DNA from: the human T2T-CHM13v2.0 reference genome, Homo sapiens
Length of the DNA stretch: 64,000 nt
NCBI RefSeq assembly: GCF_009914755.1
Contig: NC_060939.1
Direction: 5' to 3' (one strand)
This document shows, one piece after another, positions 56,869 through 64,000 of this stretch. The translations under genes and the position numbers were made by a program. Below the pieces are notes generated by a model. That model was given only the letters and a program-made list of their open reading frames with translations. It made no database searches and was not told the DNA's origin. Each line of letters starts with the position of its first letter. Within the stretch, counting starts at the first letter, position 1.

Positions 56869-57744
56869 GCTAACCCGCTACATTGATTTAGGTAACTGTT
56901 CTGTATACAGCAAATGAAGTAACACTATTTTTGTTCCTTTTAACAAATTTTGTCATTACCTTCACCAGGCTGTAGGTCATTTAACCCTTTGTGTCATTGT
57001 TTCACTGTGAAATGCAGGTAGTTTCACAGTGACAGCAAAAGCAGGGCAGTGAGTGAATCGTGTCTTAAACAGAAAGCAGATGTACTTATCTACTTAGAGT
57101 TATTCTAGAGTATTTCTGTTTCCTGTTCACATTTATACCCAGGGAAGATTTCACTGGTCCAATGATAGAAACATGGTTAGAATGTGATAGAGATTCTTTT
57201 GACTTTATAGAATCAAAGAGGCTTTCTACTCATTAAAGTTCTCACAATAGCATTCTTTCTTAAGCCTGTTTTCAAATTTAGGATCCGGTGTGAATGAAGT
57301 TTGCTGACAGTCTATCATTTAGAGGTAGTTAAGCTGCATTACTGGATGTCAAGTTCAGTCTTCTCTTTGCTTCCATTTTGATTCTCCTCCTACAAAATTA
57401 TTGCTTTGAATACAGGGAGCTGGCCTTTTCCTTCTTTCTTGTCCCAGTGCAGGAAGATGGAATTAATCCTGTTACATGAAATTACAACTATAAGTTCAAA
57501 GATCTTAATTCAAAATGTCCCTGTCTTGATTATGGGATAGTCTCTCAGTGGTTTCTTGTTGCATTTTTTTTTCATTTGTAAAATGGTACTAATGCCTCTT
57601 ACCTACAATATGGACAAAATGAAAATAAATGAGCAAAATGTGTGCTTTAATTTAAAATTGCCTTTAACTATTCTGCCAAACCAATGGAAGCTTCGGATTG
57701 ATGTTTTACCCAGGCCAATCATCAGTAAAAATAACAGGATGCTG

Positions 57745-58005
57745 TATAACGTGGTATGTAAGTGGAGCGGACCCAGGAGTCTGATTGACTGGGTCCATGC
57801 TGTGCCCTCGTGAGATTTTACACATGCCATTAACCTCTCTGTGCCTCAGTTTTCTTATTTATAAAATGAGGTTGTCATCATAATTCTTAACTCTCAAGGT
57901 TATCGTAAGGTGTAAAGATAATCTAGGTAATTATTGTTGCATGGATTAGTAATACTCATTAAGCACACTTAAGCACTCAATAATATTAGCGATTACCATT
58001 ATCAT
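57745..58005 (+). mobile_element. MIR
   Basis: ttaacctctctgtgcctcagttttcttatttataaaatgagg...aagcactcaataatattagcgatta. Confidence 0.8.
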
Positions 58006-59003
58006 TTTTCTTGATAAATTTCACCTATCTATTTGTTCTACTAGAAGTTTGTGAAATCAAAACATGTAGAAATAGGTAAGTAGCCCCTAGAGCATGAAAA
58101 CATTTGTGCTGTTGTTAATACTAAACGGAGAACACAGATGTACAAGTGAAACACGGTGTCTGCTCTAACCTGAGTTTCTATTGACTCAATAAGTGAATTC
58201 ATTAATTCAGCCTCTAATTTTGAATTCTATGTGAGCCTGTAGAATTTCATGTGACTATGCCCCACCATTTTTTTCTTTTCTTTTTTTCCATGATGGGCAA
58301 CCAATCAGGACAAATGTAGTAGGTGTCAGAAATAATTCACCTAAATGCATGTAATCTATTTAGACAAATGTATGAGAAACATATCTCTTCTTTTTTTTCC
58401 ACATGGAAGGACCATCATCAAGTCCTACTTCTTTCCAGCTGGAAGGGCTCACAAACTGCTAGCTTTGCAGGCTCAGCTTGACATCTCCACTTCCAGGCCA
58501 GCTAGTAGTCACTGAACATAAATGTAATGAGAGGAAAAGGTGGAGCACAGAGGAAGGGGCCTGTGTGCACAGTGAGAAGGAAGAGACAGGCAGAGGGAAG
58601 CAAAGAGAATAATGAGCCTTAATTCCTTTGGCATTGAAGTACCTGCTAAAGGCACAGGGCATGTGCAGCTGATGGCTCCCCTTCCAGAGGCAGGATGTGT
58701 CATTTCCCCTGCCCTGAATCCAAGCAGTCTCCAGCTACCCAATAAACTAGAAAGTCCCACCTGTACCTCTAGGACCCTGCAGGATTCTGCATATCGTGGG
58801 AGGTCAGAAGGCAAGATTTCATTCTGAAGCAGTCAACCGGGAAAGTTAAACATCTCTGATCATGTAAAAGGGGGAATTGATGTGCTTACTGCCTACCGCC
58901 TGAGCTGGTGTGCCTCAAGTGAACTACATGCGGAAGAAGAGACAAAGCCTTCGGTACATATAGAATTATAGACATAAAGATACAGAGACAGACATAAATA
59001 TAT

Positions 59004-59023
59004 TATCCATCTATCCATCTATC

Positions 59024-59069
<46 letters not shown>

Positions 59070-59149
59070 ATCTACCTATCTTAGTTTGCCTGTTGCCTGT
59101 TCATCCATCCATCCATCCATCCGTCCGTCCGTCCGTCCGTCCGTCCATC
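59004..59149. repeat. Tetranucleotide STR complex: (CTAT)11 at 59025-59068, then (CATC)5(CGTC)6 at 59102-59145
   Basis: Counted directly from the sequence. Confidence 0.93.
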
Positions 59150-59552
59150 ATTTCTCTTCCTCTTTCTTTGCACCACTGTGAAGCAAAGATCTTTTTAGTC
59201 TCAGGTTTAGCCAGCTCATCACAACCAGCTAGCTTGGCCTGCCCATCCACCCTGGACTCTCACTTCCTTTCCAGACAGCTTTGGATCTTTAAGAATGAGT
59301 GTGTTTTCTAGGCCTTGCTTTTCGCCTGTTCAGTGAGTGCCGGTGGAAGGGCTGGCATGACAACCCCTTGAGGCTGAGTCTTGTTGATTAGGGGATGGAT
59401 TCTGAGCAAGCAGCTGTACTTGCACGCCCCGCTCAGTGACCCTTGCCAGTCTCCCTCACCCACGACCTGGAGGAACTGTCTCCTGGGGAAGCAAGGTCAG
59501 GCTCGGTGTCCATCAGGCTGTGCTTCTACGAGCTGTGTGATGGAGCATTTTC

Positions 59553-59592
59553 TGATGTTGACACCCATGCAGGGCGAGCTGGATGGAGGCTG
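59553..59592 (+). repeat. 40-bp dispersed direct repeat, copy 1
   Basis: tgatgttgacacccatgcagggcgagctggatggaggctg; 39/40 identical to 61174-61213. Confidence 0.95.
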
Positions 59593-60367
59593 ATTTCTGG
59601 TTTCACATTGAGCTGTCATCCAAAAGGCCTGCTGCTTATCCTGCCTTCACAATCCTTCCAAGGCCCTGCTGACATTGTCAGCCTGCTTCTCTGGCCGCTG
59701 CCATAACTTAGAAACCGGGGGCACTTTTGTTCAGGCTAACGTCTGGAACATTTTCTGAACCAAAATATAGGTATATGAGTATTTCTTTTCTAATGTATAA
59801 TTTTCCCGAAGTTTTCCTGTTGTAACATGCATTTCTTTCACTGCCCCTTGTACTCATTTTGAAGTTAAAATAAAACATAATAATTAAATGGACTGGAACA
59901 CTTTAAATGATTTGATTGGCAGGCAAAATGACTGTGTTTAAGAAGCAACTGGGAAAACTTTACTTTCTCTTTATATTGTACTCATCCAGCTCAGTTTTGC
60001 AGGCTCAGTCATGTGGGTTTCTATAGTGGCAGATAGTCCAAATAATTCCACTCTAAGGCAAATAACATCATAAGACATGGTCATACCACTGACATTTGAA
60101 GCTAAAATGCAAGAGTTGGTGGTCTTTTGAGTACCTAGGTATTTTCCAAATATTGATTATTTTATGAGAATCTTTTGCCACAAATATATACTTTTTAACG
60201 TAGTGCTTTCTGAATTGATTTATCTAGTCAGAAGTTGTGCAAATATCAAATCCCCAAGTTATCTTGATGGGGCCAAAATAATACCATATTTGAAACTAGG
60301 ATTATCCTTAAAAATCCATGCAATATAATGACTTTTAACAGCAAAGTATTAATATGAAAATAATGTC

Positions 60368-60667
<300 letters not shown>

Positions 60668-61173
60668 GTCATACTAGTTTTTTGAGTGCAGAGTATATGT
60701 GGATTATTTAGTAGATCATTATCTTTATCAGGTAGAAAAATGCCATGTTTATAGGCTGAGTTCAGATCTAGTTGGGTCAGCTAAGAAAGGAAATCTAATA
60801 GCCATCTTTCCTTAGTTCCTTAAGTCTCTTCTCAGTCCCTGAGATCAATTACACCCTTGCCTTCATTCTGCCCCTGGCCAAATGATCAGGGATATTGGGC
60901 CTTTTCTGCCCAATTGTACCAGTGTCATCCTTCTTCAAGCTTCCCCTAAACTAGCCTAACCACCTTGCAGCAGGAAAGTCCTGGACTCCCCACCCCCAGG
61001 GTTTTTAATGAATCCCTGGGCTGTAAATCCCACAAAATAATTGTGATCTTTTATCCCTCTTTTTCCTGTCCTTTATTAGCTCCAGATCCAATCAGAACCT
61101 CTTTCAACCATTATTCAGACCTCTACAAGACAATATCCCTCTCACAATTGCTTGTCAATTACCCATTAAAATA

Positions 61174-61213
61174 TGATGTTGACACCCATGCAGGGCGAGC
61201 TGGTTGGAGGCTG
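61174..61213 (+). repeat. 40-bp dispersed direct repeat, copy 2
   Basis: tgatgttgacacccatgcagggcgagctggttggaggctg. Confidence 0.95.
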
Positions 61214-62242
61214 GTATAGATACACAAAGACTTTACATGCGTAGTCTGCTTACCACAAAAGCCTTACTGCAGAGATGGGGACTGGGATGTGTGTATGGTT
61301 TGACCCTCCCTGAAAAATGCCCCAGCCTGTTACTCATTGCAGGGATTAACATTTTGTGTGGTGTGAATCAGTTACATTGGTTTACTTACTAAAAGGTCTT
61401 TGACTTAAATAGCCATGTGTAAATATACTTTTTCACATGCACCTGAAACGTACAATTTCATGAGATAGATGATGCTGTTATAACTATCACCTTTTTCCAG
61501 ATGATAAAACTGAAGCAGAGAGAATTAGTGACTTTTCCAAGATTATGTTGAAAGTGACTGCCTGAGTCAAAGCTAGAGTCCAAGAACAATTTATGCTTTC
61601 ATTATGACTTTTGAAAAATTATAATCTAAAAGAGCAAAGTGGCTCAGCAATATCTCAATGCTATCTTTGCTACTTACTTTGGTAAGTAGAAGGCATACAA
61701 AAAGCAAATAATTCTTTGCTTCCCGGGTGTAGTAGCAAAACTGAACAATTGTAAATCCATTGCTGTACTGTAAATTCATAGTCTCATTTAGACCTCTCAT
61801 TATAAGTAAAAGGAGTATTTCCCTCTAATTTGTGAATGCGGTAAGTTCAGAGAGGTTAAGAAGTCACCAAAGGTCACACAGCAAGCAAGTTGTGGATGAA
61901 GCTGGAATTTGCAGTTAGCCTATCTTTTGCTCTACTCTATTTATATTACTATGGAATATAAATACACAAAACTCTAAGTGTAGTTCAACAGGCTATGGGA
62001 TGGACTAACCTCATCCATTAATTCTGCCCCAATATTAATTATGACACGTCTTTATCACTGATAGGCTGCCCCAAGGTGTAAAAAGAGACATTCATCACAA
62101 GGCACACTGGATGAAAAAGTAGATGTTCAAGCCTACTGAATAACACCCTTCTGAATAACACATCCACTATTAAGCTGTACAAATCAGAAAATATCATAGA
62201 TTTGTTCTTTATATTCCACTTGTTTTATATATATATATATAT

Positions 62243-62488
62243 TGCAGTGGCAGGATCTCGCTTACTGCAAGCTCCACCTCAGAGGTTCACGCCATTCTCC
62301 TGCTTCAGCCTCCCGAGTAGCTGGGAGTACAGGCACCCGCCACCACACCTGGTGAATTTTTTGTATTTTTAGTAGAGATGGGGTATCACCGTGTTAGCCA
62401 GGATGGTCTCTATCTCCTGACCTCGTGATCCGCCCACCTTGGCCTCCCAAAGTGCTGGGATTACGGGCGTTAGCCACCACTCCTGGCC
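62243..62488 (-). mobile_element. AluY lacking its last ~35 nt, abutting (TA)n
   Basis: Y-type gcaagctcc, ttcacgccattctcc, gttagccaggatggtctc. TSD-like ccacttgtt (62216) / ccatttgtt (62489). Confidence 0.9.
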
Positions 62489-62499
62489 CCATTTGTTAT

Positions 62500-63330
62500 A
62501 TTTTTAACATTTCTGCTCCTTTAAAATGTATTTATATGTTATTAATATAAAATTCAAAATGTCAAAACTGCCACCCATTCTGTCCTCAAGTTACTCAGTT
62601 TTCCTTTCTCGAGGGAACCAGTGCCACCAGGTTATTGTGTATTATTCCAGAGATATTATATGCATATGCAAGCAACAATATGTAAATATAGTGTGTCACT
62701 GCCCTGGTGCTTGCTTGGAGATCACTCCATAACAATGCATGAATGAGCTGCTGCATACATTTTAGCAGCTGCTTTGTATTACACTGTTTCCTTCTACCTT
62801 GACTTATTGAACCAGATCTCTTTTGATAGGCATTTGTTTCAAGTAATTTGCTATATCATAATAGGTGGCAGTGAACATTCTTATACATACTTCTTTGCAC
62901 ACACGTCAGTGTGCATGATAAATTTCCAAAAGTGAAATTGCTGGGTTATAGACCATGTATTTGAAAATTGTAAATAGACGTTGCTAAAACTATCTACTCC
63001 CATCCTCAACATGAAGTGATGGTAAATGTTTTGACTTTGATCATCTAAAAGATGGAAAATGGTATTGTGATTTTAATTTTTATTTGTTTTAATATGAGGG
63101 ACAGAAAATATTTTTAAAATGTGATGTATTCAAATATAAAATGTTGTTTTATATTTCTTTTTTCTGTTAATTCTGATTATATCCTTTATACATTTTTCTA
63201 CAGCCTTGATGGCCGTTTTCTTATTGGTTTGTAGGAATATTTTCTGTATTAATGAAATCATTGCTTTGCCAAATACATCTCAAATACTTTTTCCGGTTTG
63301 TAGTTTGGCTTTCCTTTTGCTGTTTTGGTT
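62500..63330 (-). mobile_element. Old L1 (L1ME-like) fragment
   Basis: gcagtgaacattcttatacatacttctttgcaca...aaagtgaaattgctgggtt...gttttcttattggtttgtagg. Confidence 0.7.
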
Positions 63331-63339
63331 GTGTAATCT

Positions 63340-63510
63340 TTAGATACATATCACTAATCCTCAGAAATTATGTTTTATTATTCTCATGTATGGGTGGGGA
63401 AACTGTAGATCAGAAAGGGTGAAAGTCTTTCTCAATATTGCCCAGGTAGCAAATGAGGGAAGAAGAGCACCGATCTGACTCAGAAGCCAACGTTCTTTCC
63501 ATCATACCAT
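63340..63510 (-). mobile_element. MIR
   Basis: ttattattctcatgtatgggtggggaaactgtagatcagaaagggtgaa...ttgcccagg...tctgactcagaagcc. Confidence 0.65.
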
Positions 63511-64000
63511 ATCGCCTCTCTAGAGGACAGTCTCCTCTTCACTATATCATGAGGCTGAGCAAATCCTCCAGGTCCGTATGTACTTAACTGGTGTGAATTG
63601 TGTGGTTTAGCAGCCCTCACTGATTAAATGAGTGGCACATTTCCATTTCATTTGCAGGACAGTGGCACATGTAAGTGCAGAGCCCCAGTATGTGTTCCCT
63701 TGGCCACTCTTCCACACGAGTTCCCATTTCCAGCTTTTGCACTGCTGGATTGTTTTCCCCTGTCCCCATCATCCTTGTCCCCGCTCTAAGTTCTTTTCCT
63801 CTGGAAATCTTCGCTAACTGCACCAAAAGAAACAAGTCTTTGTTCTTCCCCCACTATGGCACTAGTTCTACTATGCCTGGGGTGATGCCATTCTATCCCA
63901 ACTAGCCTCCAGAGGTAGAGACTGTGTCATGGCCATCACTGTATCCCCATCACTTGGACCAAAGCCTGTCAGATGCTGGACACTCATTCCATCCTTGGAA

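Overview
This is primate (most likely human) nuclear DNA. I found no recognisable protein-coding exon, RNA gene or pseudogene, so it is intronic or intergenic. It is dominated by interspersed repeats: 19 Alu copies or fragments (J, S and Y lineages, including one AluYd-type), about 10 solo LTRs (THE1, MSTA, MLT1, MER31-like), L1 3' fragments, many L2 and MIR remnants, an L3/CR1 remnant, and DNA transposon fossils (Tigger, MER5A, MER58A, MER91, Charlie). Several microsatellites and 1-2 kb repeat-free blocks that may be regulatory are also present. The ORF track looks like repeat-derived or chance ORFs. I found no new multi-gene system. The most unusual signals are small structural scars: (1) a 40-bp non-repeat segment copied 1.6 kb away; (2) an AluYd-type element whose 3' end and poly(A) are replaced by a minimal G-quadruplex motif inside an intact target-site duplication (TSD); (3) a tail-less 57-bp Alu fragment ending in overlapping palindromes; (4) an unexplained insert splitting an MLT1 LTR. 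A cluster of + strand splice signals near the window start may mark lncRNA exons. Repeat subfamily names come from remembered consensus motifs, not a search. Boundaries of old repeats are approximate, and the genomic locus could not be identified.
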